DNA of 64,000 nt from Eledone cirrhosa. Lineage: Eukaryota. Below the pieces are notes generated by a model. That model did not search any database. It was given only the letters and a program-made list of their open reading frames with translations, and was not told the origin of the DNA. Made by a program: the position numbers and the translations under genes. Location: the NCBI GenBank assembly GCA_964016885.1, contig OZ024740.1, positions 347,882,001-347,946,000 of the forward strand, given 5' to 3'. Of this stretch, positions 29,850 to 43,994 are shown in pieces; within the stretch, counting starts at the first letter, position 1, and each line of letters opens with the position of its first letter.

Positions 29850-29993
29850 GTTAAAATACTGGAGCGTGTTGGAGTTAAACACCCTCTTCGTATTATACAA
29901 ATGACAGTAACAGGTATAGCTCAATGTAGTTAAACAGAGCCGAAGAATTAAGAAAGTAAAACAAAGAACCCTTCAATACATCAAAAGTCTTTA

Positions 29994-30036
29994 TTAGCCG
30001 ACAATGTTTCGTCCTATTAAGGACTCATCAGGGCAA
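29994..30036 (-). ncRNA. Minimal type I HHR in the PLE terminal repeat
   Basis: TTGCC-CTGATGA-GTCC/GGAC-GAAA-CATTG-TC-GGCTAA, overlapping AATAAA. Confidence 0.9.
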
Positions 30037-31846
30037 TTAAAACAACAAGAAGTATTATCGGCCAATACAAGCCGGAAACTCCGAAGAATATGGAGTGTAC
30101 ATAAACTAAAGTATTGCAAGATTATGGGTAAAAATATATAATAAAAATAATTTAAATATATAATAAAAAATATATAATAAAAATTACTAAGGAGGTGTAT
30201 AACATTAAGAACCATATTACAAATATAGTCCAAAGCAAAAAAACCCTAGAGCTAAACAAAGGTGGTTATATAGAGCAGGAATTATATATAATACAATGTA
30301 ATATAATATAATATACCTTTACCAATATTAAAATTACAATAAAAATTAAAAGGTACAATATACATATGTATATATGTACGCACACGTACGCACACGTACG
30401 CACACGTACGCACACGTACGCACACATACACATACATCAATACACATATCCATCTTCAACTGCACAAATTAAACCTTATTAAGAGTTTAAATATAAAAAT
30501 AAGCATGATAGGAATGAAAATAATAATAATAATAATAATACATATACCCAATATACATGAGGTAATAATATGATATTATTATAAGTAGCACATATAATAA
30601 ATAATAAACTATACAATTATATACTATATAATATAATATAATAGAATAGATAATCTCCGGTTAATTTACACAAACAATATAGATGTCGCAATAATACTAT
30701 AATAATAATATACTAACATTTATAATATACAATATATAATGGCATTCAAGTTAACAAATCAATTCATATAGAGTTACAGAGTAGGTGAGGAAAAATAAAT
30801 TGTACAATACCCAAAAATTATGATGGTACAAAAAAAATATAAACATCCTACATGATATATAAAGTTTAACATATCATAATGTTACATATAATTAACGGTA
30901 AGTAATAAGGATCGATATTACAATAACAAATACAATATAATGTAATATATTATATAAAATAATTAACATAATATAATATATAATTACTTATAATTACAAG
31001 GTTGGTAAACAGACATGTATGTGGATGAGTGAGTAAGGGCCAGACAGTAAATATAATGCACAGTAGTATTACAAATAAAATATAAAATATAAAATATAAA
31101 ATATAGAATAAAATAAATAAATAGAATCAACCGGAAATTAAAAAACAAAAACAAAAGTATACATTTAGGTCTCACATGCAGTTATGTAAAAACTAAGGAA
31201 ATAACCCCGGTAAATGACTCGAAAACCCTATTTGATAAATTAATATTAAAAATATTTAGAATATCCAATAAGGCAGTATAATATTAGCTATAGTTTAAGT
31301 AATTAAAGTTTATAAACGTTAATATTTCGTTACAAATGTTTACAAAAAGGAATGAAATTTTTTACTATCATATACATAACGATATCTAAAAAACTGACTT
31401 AAGCAGAATTATGGTAGGCTAATAGGGACAGAAATGAAGAAATATATGTAGGATACAAAGGGACATAAAATCATAGTCAATATACTATATTAAATAATAG
31501 AAAGGAGCGTAAAAGAGGGGGGGGGGGTGATTAAATATAATCATAGTCTATTTGGAAGGGTTGACAATAAGTTTATGTGCGCATGGGGGGGGGGGGGGGG
31601 TTATCCAAAGAAGAATCCGAATAAAAATAAAAATAAAATAAAATAAAATAAAATATATAATCAGATATATATTCATAAGGTGTTAATAGTGAAAATTTAA
31701 TGCGCAAGAAGATAGATATGGTATAGTAGCCAAAAGATTATGAGAGCTAGAATAAAGAGTCGTTAAAAACCAATGATAATAATGATGATAATAATGATGG
31801 TAAACAAAAGAACCTAAACTAAAAAATAAGTAATGGAATATATCAG

Positions 31847-33600
31847 CTAATGGATACAATTTGTACTACTAGAACGTTTAGGTTTATAATAAAAGTATGA
31901 ATTAGAAATAGCGTGGGGGCAAGAAGAGAATATCTCAGACTTTCTATTAAGTAAGGATTCGCTAAAGAAAATTATAGAGTGTGTCTCGAGGATACAGAGA
32001 TTAAAAAATTTAGTATGTGTAGAAAGGTGATTAGAGCGTGCTACTAAACGCCAGTTAAGGCTATATGGTATATTAGCCCCCTTAAGATCCCAGATATAAT
32101 GTGCTAAAGAAGTAGAATTCTTAAACTTAACATGTTTGAAATTAGAGATATGAGAGTTAAACCTAGTCTTAAAAGTGTTAGATGTAGAGCCTATATAAGT
32201 TCTATTAGAGGAATTAGTTACAACTACGCAAGCATAGACAATGTTCTTAGAAAGGCAGTTACCGTTTAAAGGGCAGTTAGCACTCACTCTACAGTTGCAC
32301 TTCCGGGTGTTATTGGTTGGCTCAAGTGGTGATGCATTACACGTAGGATTGCTATTAGATAAGGTCTGTTCTGGTGGTAATGCATTTCCAGATCTGTTCA
32401 GACTAGTAGTATGTAGAGAGGAGAATCCATCCCTAATTTTCCTATTGTTAGTGCTAGCTAAATGAGAACTAATATTAGGGGTGGTAGAGAATGAAAGTTT
32501 AATAACATTTTTATTAAAAATACTATGGTATTTATGAGAAGGGGGAAATTTTTCTCTAAGATAGAAAAGAAAGACCTAGAGATATTAGTTAATACTTCCT
32601 GATTATATGGCGGGTTAAAATAAGTATTTAATCGCCTTCTATTTTTATTCTTACCGACTCTACCATTATCAAATATCCCACCATCGAGACTAGGGTTACT
32701 ACAAGGATTAGTTAAAACCGCATTCTTAGAATCAGCCAAAATTTCATTAAGTCTATTACCGTTTCTACCTCCAGTAGATCTGCTGCTGTCCGGAATCCCA
32801 TCAAAAGGATTAGGGCCAATGATAGGATCAATAGAAGCAACATTATTAGAATAAAATCCAGCAAAATTATCACCAATGAGTCAGCGCTCAGAGGGTTCGA
32901 CTTGTTTCCTAGAGGTATTATATTCACTATTACGAGTCCCGTGGGTTAACTTATGGATGGGTTCAGATACACCTATATAATTTTTACGGTTATTATGTTT
33001 CCTACTCCCATTCATGGCCATGTTATGTGATATTATGTTATTATTATTAAAAGTAAGCGGAGACTTTCTAAGGTTACTATTATTATAATGTATTTTACTA
33101 GAGTAACCGGAATTTGCTAGGGCATTATTATAGTACTCCGCATGTTCATTAAATGTTCCTACGTCCTTAGAGAGTGTGGAAATCCTATTAGATACACCCT
33201 TAATTATAGAGCTTATCATAGATTTGGGACTAACATAAGAAAGTATTTCATTAGGCTTATGGAAGGGTTTAAAACTATTAGTGACCAAGTCCAAAGTCAC
33301 ATCTAAAAAGTTAACCGCTCTATCATTTCTATCTATCGTGATCGAAAGGTTATAGCTTTTAAAAAACTTATAAAGCTTCTTCTTATTATGCTCGACATTG
33401 TTGGTGCTAGAGTTAATTACAAACAATGCATCATCACGATATAGTCCGCCTATAAGGTGCGGGAAGGTCGCATATAGTTCATTAAGGAGGAACAACCCAA
33501 CAAGATCAGTAACCTGGGCCGAATCACTCGAACCCATTGTAACGTCGAAATTATTGGGCGTGTTTTTACGGGTCCAAAATGTGTCCTCAAATTTAATAAT
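31847..33600 (-). pseudogene. Frameshifted PLE RT + GIY-YIG endonuclease
   Basis: FDVTMGSSDSAQVTDLVG, GGLYRDD, VNFLDVTLDL, YFNPPYN, CNCRVSANCPLNGNC (CxCx5C), IVY..YIGST..FKTRFNSH, LNRKSE. Confidence 0.9.
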
Positions 33601-33777
33601 ATATTTTGTAATATGGTTCTTAATGTTATACACCTCCTTAGTAATTTTTATTATATATTTTTATTATTTTTATTATATATTTTTACCCATAATCTTGCAA
33701 TACTTTAGTGTATGTACACTCCATATTCTTCGGAGTTTCCGGCTTGTATTGGCCGATAATACTTCTTGTTGTTTTAA

Positions 33778-33820
33778 TTGCCCTGATGAGTCCTTAATAG
33801 GACGAAACATTGTCGGCTAA
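33778..33820 (+). ncRNA. Minimal type I HHR (inverted copy)
   Basis: Identical to the 29994-30036 motif. Confidence 0.9.
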
Positions 33821-33884
33821 TAAAGACTTTTGATGTATTGAAGGCTTCTTTGTTTTACTTTCTTAATATATATATATATATATA

Positions 33885-35068
33885 TATTGTTATACTTTGG
33901 GAGGGTCATGTTGCCAATAAGAAACACACGCACCAGTTGCTTTCACTTCAATTTATTATAATAAATTTATAAATTTAGGAATTTATAAATTTCTGGTTGG
34001 TTGGTTGGTTCCACAACCAGATAGTTGTTTATATATTGTCAAAGTTCTTTCGTCACACATTCTGTGACCTCTTCAGTGACTGGGGATTCTTTTCTTTGTT
34101 TTTGTGCCTCTCCTTTGTTCTGTCCTACGCCATTTTGTTTCTGTGTGTGTGTTGTGTGCTTAGTCTGTGCATGCGCCACATCCGGGTGTCTGTGTGTGTT
34201 TATGTTCATACCCTTTTCAAAGACCCTCATGTATAGATAAGAAATATATAACCTGTAAAATAAGCCCCCATATTAACTGTAAAACTAGAAATGTAGTGTA
34301 TAGCATAAGATGTACTGAATGACAATGTAGAGACAAAAATATAGTGTACATAGGTGAGACAGCTCGTAGTGTAGGGGAACGGATAAATGAACACTGGCGA
34401 GACCTTCAAGATAGTAAAGAATCATCTGTACTCTACCAACATGCTAAAATAGAACACAAGAGTAAATTAGAGAACATAGAAATAAAAATAGAATCTACAC
34501 ACAGAAAAGACGCAATGTTTAGACAAATCACAGAGGCAATAAACATAAAAGAATTACAACCAAAATTAAATAGAAAATATGAGTGGAACAGCAACATCAC
34601 AACTTACAATTAAGGACAAAATGAAACACACACACACATAGAACAAACAACCAACCAGTAACATGTAAATAAACAAATAAATAAATGAACATAAACACAC
34701 ACAGACACCCGGATGTGGCGCATGCGCAGACTGAGCACACAACACACACACAGAAACAAAATGGCGTAGGACAGAACAAAGGAGAGGCACAAAAACAAAG
34801 AAAAGAATCCCCAGTCACTGAAGAGGTCACAGAATGTGTGACGAAAGAACTTTGACAATATATAAACAACTATCTGGTTGTGGAACCAACCAACCAACCA
34901 ACCAGAAATTTATAAATTCCTAAATTTATAAATTTATTATAATAAATTGAAGTGAAAGCAACTGGTGCGTGTGTTTCTTATTGGCAACATGACCCTCCCA
35001 AAGTATAACAATATCGGTTTCAACACACGATTTCAGATAAAGAATCTTGCTAAACAAATTCAGAAACG

Positions 35069-35069
<1 letters not shown>
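33885..35069 (+). mobile_element. Short copy of the Neptune/Nematis-like PLE (GIY-YIG end + 3' repeat) with inverted arm
   Basis: YIGETARSVGERINEH..LYQHAKIEH at 34344-34613. 33885-34207 is the inverse of ~34690-35014. HHRs at 34038-34080 (-) and 34814-34856 (+). 55 nt tail at 35015-35069. Confidence 0.9.
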
Positions 35070-35128
<59 letters not shown>

Positions 35129-36305
35129 GGAAGCAGAAAATTGCTTATTGTGATCCAGTTCGTGGTTAAGAAAGCCAGTTTCATGGATGGTTTCAACGTA
35201 CAGTTAGGGGTAACTCCACAAGTTTGTAAGAATTCCGTTCAATCTTGGAGTATAAAGTCTAAAATATAAAAGAGAAAACACAGGTAAGCATTAAGAGAAG
35301 GATTTTATCCAGGTATTTACGACCGTTTCATTGGTAAGTGCAACCTTATATTGCTATACTGCAAATAGCAGCTACTCAATTATAATTGTTGTTCACAGTC
35401 CAAATTTTCAAAATAGTGAGTAAGTTACTCTTGAAATAGTTCTTAATATATAGAGAAAAACATTTTTTTTTAATTGTATTTACTAATATAGAGAGAGAGG
35501 AATTAGAAGGTGAGGGGACAAACGGAGCGGAATAGTATAGAGAGAGAGGAAGGGGGGAGAGTTAGGAAGTAGAGTGACAAACTGAGATGGAAGGAGAGGT
35601 AGAGGTGGAAGGATTCCTTGATCAGTTTTGATATGTAGACTTCATGTCGTGGAATGTAGTGAGTTAAAGAGAATTAAATTGATCATAGTGGGAGGGATGG
35701 ATAGAGAGAGAGAGGGGAGGGGGGAGATATAAAGAGATAAATATATATATAAAAAATAAAGATAAAGATAATAATGACAAAAATAAAAGCAAAGAAGGGG
35801 GGAGAAAGAAGAAAAGAAAAGATAGCCAAAAAGGGGAGGGAAGGAAGGAAGAAAACGAAGAAATAGAAGAGGAATGAAGGAGAAGGGAGGGATATAGGTA
35901 TTGGTTTTTCTGGGTAATTAAAAGTGTTTAGATACAACAAGAGGGTATAAAGTCTAAGTATATGCAGTTGGTCAGCTGGTAGTAAGAGGTTAAGGGTTCG
36001 ATATATATATACATGTACATTATATATGTTTTTGTAAGCGTTTGCATGTATCTATAATATTATAAAGCTGAGTGTCGTGTGTATTATGTATGTATGTATG
36101 TATGTATGTATGTATGTATGTATGTATGTATGTATGTATCCTACACACCTCTCTATAGTTTGTTAGCTTTACTCTCTCCGTCGCTCTTCCCTCTCTCTAT
36201 AATAGATCATCCCCTCTCTATAATTTAACTGCTTTACTCTCTCTGTCGCTCTTCACTCTCTATATGACAACACTGTTTTAGTTTCCGTATCTCCCTTCAA
36301 TATAT

Positions 36306-36365
<60 letters not shown>

Positions 36366-38516
36366 TGAGAGAGAGAGAGAGTCGGAAGGACAATGTGACA
36401 CGGGAGGGTGTGTGGTATCTTTGCACTGGAGTGGTGGGGGCAGGTATACCTAGTCGGACGCCAACCGGACGAGCCAGCTAGTATATATATATATATATAT
36501 ACAAGACGAAGTAATTACAGTGTAGTGCCCTACCTGACGTGTTTAGTAATGTATAATTCGCCGCGAGTCTTTTCGAAGGTGTTGATAATGTTTATATTGA
36601 TAAAACTGAAAAAAAAAATGTAATTTCTCAACGGAAAATATTGAAGTTTTCTGCAATCCTGTAACGAAGTATTACCTAAAAAAATTTTATAGAAGATATA
36701 TTTGACACAGAAAGAAAATTCATACAATAACATTCAGATGTATCTACCTTATGGTAGCTATTTACAGTTAGAATATTGAGTTTCTTGATCACATTGACAG
36801 GATAGAGACCGTTGATATTTGTAGCGTATATTGTGAATTCAGGTATCTTAACTAATATGTTTTAATTTAACAGGACAGAAACGTCTAAAATACAAACATT
36901 TATTTATTCAGTAAGGGCAAAAAAAAAAAAAAAAAAAAAATAGTTTCATGTGGTTGATTTTTTTTAGAAAATATCAATGAATTAAGCAACAATTTTAGCC
37001 GTATATATTATTCCTACTTCAGAACGAACTAAGTATATGTTAAGCGTATTTATTGCAGCTAAAGCTTTTATTCGCATTTTAATAAACATTATCGATTCAT
37101 TTTATCATTACATTAGTGGACAGAGTACGCCATAATGAAATTACTGGGACTGCATACAATGGAAGATGCATATCTTTATTACTTTGAGACAGAGCCTATT
37201 AGATAACAATAACCAGTTGATAACATTAAACAAAACATAAAAGAACATTCGAAGCGTTTTGGGGACCCACAAATTTTGAAATCAATATACTGTAACTGGC
37301 ATTTAATTGTATTTGGCATGAGAAGTGAAATCTTATCGGACCCTGGTTAAAGTGTAAGGTACTAAATTAGAATCCTCTAATGATTTGAAACCCAGCTCTT
37401 AATCCATTCCTTGCATTCAACTTACTCAAATATAATTTGTAACTCAAGTTCTGCAAGCCGATATGCATATTGAATTGTCTTCTAGTTCTCTGAGGAAGAA
37501 CGCTGTCTGAAACTTCAATGTTCATTTCTCACTACAATATTTGAAAGCAAACATAGGTAATTCAAATTAACTAAGACAGCGAATTAGCTAAGTCTCTAGA
37601 TCACAGGACAAATGCTTAGTGGTATTTATGACATCCATCTCTCTGTCTACATTGTAAGGTCCAATCCCACCGAGATCAACATAGTTCTCCACCATTTCTT
37701 TGTCACAAACTATATAAAGGCCGGTGGATTAGCGGAAATATCGCAGAATTAGACATTATGCTTTGCGTTGTTTTCCGGTGCTTTTCCTTCTGATTTCAAA
37801 TCACGCTGTGGCCTATTTGGATGTTAGACTTAATCTTAAGCCCCGTTTAAATCCACACTCTGGTTAATTGGTGCCTTTAGGGACGTACTCTCCATGCATA
37901 TATTTGGAACAGTAGGTCTTCGGTTTGAGAATACATTCATACCATCCTCTTTATCAAAGTACTTGAAGGAACTGAAACAGGGCCCTCCTCTGAGGAAAAT
38001 GAACAAACATCACATTTGAAGCAACAACCTTTATAGACTATAGTTATTCATTTAATCAAAATCAAAGCGCCAGGATATACTACCTTTCCATATCGCTCCA
38101 CCAGAAGAGACATATATATTTCTTATGTTGTCAGCTGCAGTATAAACGAGGCTATATACATTTGAATAGGGAGCTTCAAAAGGATAGATAAAAAATATTT
38201 TGAGAGGATACGTTGATGGCAATGCATGGACCATATTCAATACAGTTTAGTGCATTGAATTGTAGTGACGACTCTTACGTTAGAGTCAGACAGGTCGAAT
38301 TCAGATTGTGAAATTATAACTCTTCTTCAAAATACACATTGTAAATAAATCAGACAACTGAGTTAGATTTTCTCCTCCATCGGGGAAGTGTTAATTACAG
38401 ATCACCCAAAGCTATGCAATGGCGAGAATTTTCAGCAGCAACAAACAGAAATCTACGCCCAAATGCGACGAAAAAGCAAGCGAGTAATATCTGAGTTATT
38501 ACTGTATATATATATA

Positions 38517-38915
38517 TAATAAATCAAGAAAGAAGAGTGACATGGTTTGCTATACAATAAGGGCTTTATTCACATTGCTGACAACTGTTTCTCTGAACTG
38601 GTAGGTCTAGAGATCGCTACCCGCCTGCTTTTGCGTCAATCGATCACCAATACTTTGTTATAACCAGTCTATTCATCAGAGCATGCGACCTACCAGTTCA
38701 GAGAAACAGTTGTCAGCAATGTGAATAAAGCCCTTATTGTATAGCAAACCATGTCACTCTTCTTTCTTGATTTATTATTACTCTAAGTGTAAACTAAATA
38801 GAAATCACCGCGTACTCGCAGCATCACTATGGAAACGTCTTTTTGAGTCAAACTTAGCCAAGCGTTAATACTATCCACTACTCGGAGTACCCTAACTGGA
38901 CTAATTTGTTATCCC
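38517..38915. mobile_element. Foldback mini-element in (TA)n
   Basis: Arms 38517-38607 and 38687-38777, tail to ~38915. AATAAA lies just 3' of the HHR cleavage site. Confidence 0.8.
38576..38683 (-). ncRNA. Type I HHR with ~80 nt stem II region
   Basis: TGCT-CTGATGA-ATA-GACTGGT..ACCAGTT-CAGA-GAAA-CAGTTG-TC-AGCA. Confidence 0.7.
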
Positions 38916-39022
38916 GTATATATATATATATATATATATATATAAGCACACACACATATACATACACACACGCACATATATATATGTATATATATGTAAG
39001 TATGTATATATGTATATATGTA

Positions 39023-39096
<74 letters not shown>

Positions 39097-39205
39097 TATA
39101 TATATATATGCGCTTATATATATATATATATAAATATATATATATATATGCGCTTATATGTGAAATACACACACACACACATATATATATACATATATAT
39201 ATATG

Positions 39206-39303
<98 letters not shown>

Positions 39304-40235
39304 CTTTAAACAGGAGACACACAGACAGATAGACAGATAGAGAAAGAAAGTAAAAGCCATAGAGAGTATTTTACAAAAGAAATGTTGATACTGGGTTTCT
39401 ATGGTTCAGTAATCTTTTCAGTAATAAAATATCTTATCAAATTCTTTGAAGGCTTATTATTCTCACAACACAGTATCTGTCATATATAAATTAGATCGAA
39501 CTACACAGATAGTTGTAATATAGACAGTACGAATATGTCTCTTCAAAAAAATATTTTACTAGTTATCAGATGAAAATTTTATGATAAATTAGAATTCAAA
39601 ATGCAATCGTAGATAAGCTTATTCGCATTAATTACAAGGAATATAGTTGCAATATTTCTAATAGTATATGTGTATATGTTATTCAATACGGCACCATAAT
39701 TGTAAAAATATCAGTTATAATGATCGTTAGAATAAGAATGAAACAAGAAAATTAGGTTTGTTTTAGGAATTCATACATAAATAACATAAGTGCGTTTTAA
39801 ATAAATAAACATCCTACATTCGTGTGCAATAATTGCTATATTTTTGGAGTTCATTAGAATGCCGCTGACGATGATCAGGCCAATTATCTTTAGTAATGCA
39901 AAAAGCGGCATTTAAAATCTGGGTATTTGTTGAATACCATTTGCATCCGAACGATATCAGAGTACCCAGAAATGCGTATTGACTGAAGACAACATATCTT
40001 TTGTATCCAATATCTGAAATATATTTACCGGATATGCTCATGAAATATTTTCCATATAGAAATTTGTTTTATTTATCAATGTAGCTAAGGAGTTGACGGA
40101 CCCAGCATATTTATCAATGCCAGGACCGGTTGTATCTCAGCGTACTCAATAGGCAATGTAGGATACATTCCCAGAGTATACACATAGTTATTCGCTTCAA
40201 TATAACAGACATAAAACGGGTGCCTATAATAGTCT

Positions 40236-40344
40236 CCGGACTCGAGTTTCGGCCACATTTAATGCAGCAGTAGGGTGCACTGCACCCTCTGTCTGCATAT
40301 ATTATGCAACAATGCATAATCGGCGTATGTGGCCTCATCAGCGG
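40236..40344 (-). ncRNA. Type I HHR with branched (multi-hairpin) stem II
   Basis: CCG-CTGATGA-GGCCACAT-[ATTATGCA/TGCATAAT; ATGCAG..AGGGTGC/GCACCCT..CTGCAT]-ATGTGGCC-GAAA-CTCGAG-TC-CGG. Confidence 0.9.
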
Positions 40345-41198
40345 GTATCGCCTAACAAATAACCAATCAATCAACAGAATCCAAACACCAGCCCATGCCG
40401 GCTATGTCTGTTTGTGACGGCCGACACAGTAAAGTGATTAACAACTGGAATCCGATACAATTCCGTCCCTCGACCAGCCATCGATTTAAAAACGTGGTGG
40501 AGGGAGAATAGAAAACAAATCTTTTCGTTCCCGTCAAATACTCTCAGCCAACGTGTCTCAAACACAAATTAATAAGAAGTGAAAAGATGGTTATTAGAAA
40601 GAGCAGTCCCACATCGATGTATAATAGAATGGTAGCATTCGGCTCATGTCTCCAAGTCCCATGGCTAGAGGAAAGCGATAGTAACAATGGTAGTGACAAG
40701 AACCTTTAACGGACATTAAATGCCAGTATCTATTATAGAGCGATATATAGTAGCGAGCTGGATTGCGGCAGCCGCGTGCGTAAACCAGTCTATTTCACAA
40801 CTTAAAAGAGTGAGAGATAAAATTAATAGCAGGAATTATAGGATTTTCAACAGAAAATCTCCAAGTAGATATGTATTTATGGGTATATATACCCAGTCGC
40901 TCTTACTATTTTTCTGAAATGGATGTACTTATTTGCATATAATTAGCATTCGTATTGGTAATTAATTAAGATGTACATTTGAGAAGTGTGCTTGCAGCCA
41001 AAGTGTATGATAAAGTTATATCTGTATAAATACAGAGTATGTAACCGAGGCTTCCCCAACTTGTATAAATATATATATACACATGTCTAATATGTAGGCG
41101 TGTGTGCGTGTATGCGTGTATCTAAATGTACTTACATATATGTGTGTGTGTGTATATATATATATATAAAAGTCCTTATGTATATATATATATATATA

Positions 41199-41247
41199 TA
41201 TAAGTATGTATGTATACGTACATACATATATGTATACAGACGTACAG

Positions 41248-41308
<61 letters not shown>

Positions 41309-41739
41309 CATACAGGTACACATATATATATGTACGTATCAGTTTAGCGGACGTTTATTATAACGCCCGCTTTGTCCGTTTGTAAGCAAGCGGACAGCAT
41401 GATTTATGCCGTACGGTGTTAAGGCAACCACGTCACCTTTTTGTTCAACACTGACACAGGAACGATGTACTAGTTTCAAGCTTCTTAGCTGTCATCAGCA
41501 CCGTATACCCTTCTGCCAGATAGTTGAACGTTCGAAAGTATATACGTTCCTTATGAAAATTAACGGCTGAGCAGCCTAATTTGCATATCGAGTGAGTTCA
41601 GTCGGCCAGGCGTACCGAAAACGATAAGTTGTAATATAATGAAACGAAATTTCATTTCTCACTCTTAGTAAGGCACTTACTTAAATGTAAGTATGTATGT
41701 ATACGTACATACATATATGTATACAGACGTACAGTAGTA

Positions 41740-41791
<52 letters not shown>

Positions 41792-42698
41792 CAGGTACAC
41801 ATATATATATGTACGTATCAGTTTAGCGGACGTTTATTATAACGCCCACTTTGTCCGTTTGTAAACAAGCGGTACTAAGAGTGAGAAATGAAATTTCGTT
41901 TCATTATATTACAACTTATCGTTTTTGGTACGCCTGGCCGACTGAACTCACTCGATATGCAAGTTAGGCTGCTCAGCCGTTAATTTTCATAAGGAAAGTA
42001 TATACTTTCGAACGTTCAACTATCTGACAGAAGGGTATACGGTGCTGATGATAGCTAACAAGCTTGAAACTAGTACATCGTTCCTGTGTCAGTGTTGAAA
42101 AAAAGGTGACGTGGTTGCCTTAACACAGTACGGCATAAATCAGGCTGTCCGCTTGATTACAAACGGACAAAGCGGGCGTTATAATAAACGTCCGCTAAAC
42201 TGATACGTACATATATATATGTGTACCTGCATGTATATATATATATATATATATATATATGCATACTACTGTACGTCTGTATACATATATGTATGTACGT
42301 ATACATAAATACTTACATTTAAGTAAGTGCCGTACTAAGAGTGAGAAATGAAATTTCGTTTCATTATAATACAACTTATCGTTTTCGGTACGCCTGGCCG
42401 ACTGAACTCACTCGATATGCAAATGAGGCTGCTCAGCCGTTAATTTTCATAAGGAAAGTATATAATTTCGAACGTTCAACTATTTGGCAGAAGGGTATAC
42501 GGTGCTGATGATAGCTAAGAAGCTTGAAACTAGTACATCGTTCCTGTGTCAGTGTTGAACAAAAAGGTGACGTGGTTGCCTTAACACCGTACGGCATAAA
42601 CCAGGCTGTCCGCTTGTTTGCTTGTTTACAAACGGACAAAGCGGGCGTTATAATAAACGTCCGCTAAACTGATACGTACATATATATATGTGTACCTG

Positions 42699-42792
<94 letters not shown>

Positions 42793-43040
42793 TACTACTG
42801 TACGTCTGTATACATATATGTATGTACGTATACATACAAACTTACATTTAAGTAAGTGCCGTACTAAGAGTGAGAAATGAAATTTCGTTTCATTATATTA
42901 CAACTTATATATATATATATATATATAAGTTGAAAAAAATGAAAACGAAATTTCATTTCTCACTCTTAGTATGGCACTTACTTAAATGTAAGTATGTATG
43001 TATACGTACATACATATATGTATACAGACGTACAGTAGCA

Positions 43041-43082
<42 letters not shown>

Positions 43083-43194
43083 TTGAAATAAAATGAAAAC
43101 GAAATTTCATTTCTCACTCTTAGTACGGCACTTACTTAAATGTAAGTATGTGTGTATACGTACATACATATATGTATACAGACGTACAGTAGCA

Positions 43195-43270
<76 letters not shown>

Positions 43271-43393
43271 TTGAAATAAAATGAAAACGAAATTTCATTT
43301 CTCACTCTTAGTACGGCACTTACTTAAATGTAAGTATGTGTGTATACGTACATACATATATGTATACAGACGTACAGTAGCATGCATATATAT

Positions 43394-43454
<61 letters not shown>

Positions 43455-43901
43455 CACACATATACATACGGGTACACATACATATATGCACGTATCAGTT
43501 TAGCGGACGCTTATTATAACGCCGCTTTGTTCATTTGTAAACAAACTGAACAGCCTGAATTTTATGCCGTACGGTGTTAAGGCAACCACGTCACCTTTTT
43601 GTTCAACACTGACACAGGAACGATGTACTAGTTTCAAGCTTGATAGCTATCATCAGCACCGTATACCCTTCTGCCAGATAATTGAACGTCCGAAAGTATA
43701 TACTTTCCTAATGAAAATTAACGGCTGAGCAGCCTAATTTGCATATCGAGTGAGTCAAGTCGGTCAGGCATACCGAAAACGATAAGTTGAAATAAAATGA
43801 AAACGAAATTTCATTTCTCACTCTTATTACGGCACTTACTTAAATGTAAGTATGTGTGTATACGTACATACATATATGTATACAGACGTACAGTAGCATG
43901 C

Positions 43902-43994
<93 letters not shown>

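Larger units (their letters stand above)
29846..33868 (-). mobile_element. 5'-truncated Penelope-like element (Hydra type) with inverted terminal copy
   Basis: RT and GIY-YIG on the minus strand and a ~1.6 kb AT-rich 3' UTR. Terminal repeat 29946-30230 is inverted at ~33600-33868. ~100 bp tail at 29846-29945. (TA)n on both sides. Confidence 0.9.

Noticed and set aside
36860-36916. Possible 37 bp exon (TTTAACAG..GTAAGG)
   Set aside because: Splice-like signals are common by chance in AT-rich DNA, and there are no supporting exons or homology.
39857-40030. CTGACGA within an AATGCCGCT/AGCGGCATT stem, and CTGAAGA..GAAATATATT
   Set aside because: The first lacks GAAA and stem III, the second lacks stems I and II. 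Neither is supportable as an HHR.
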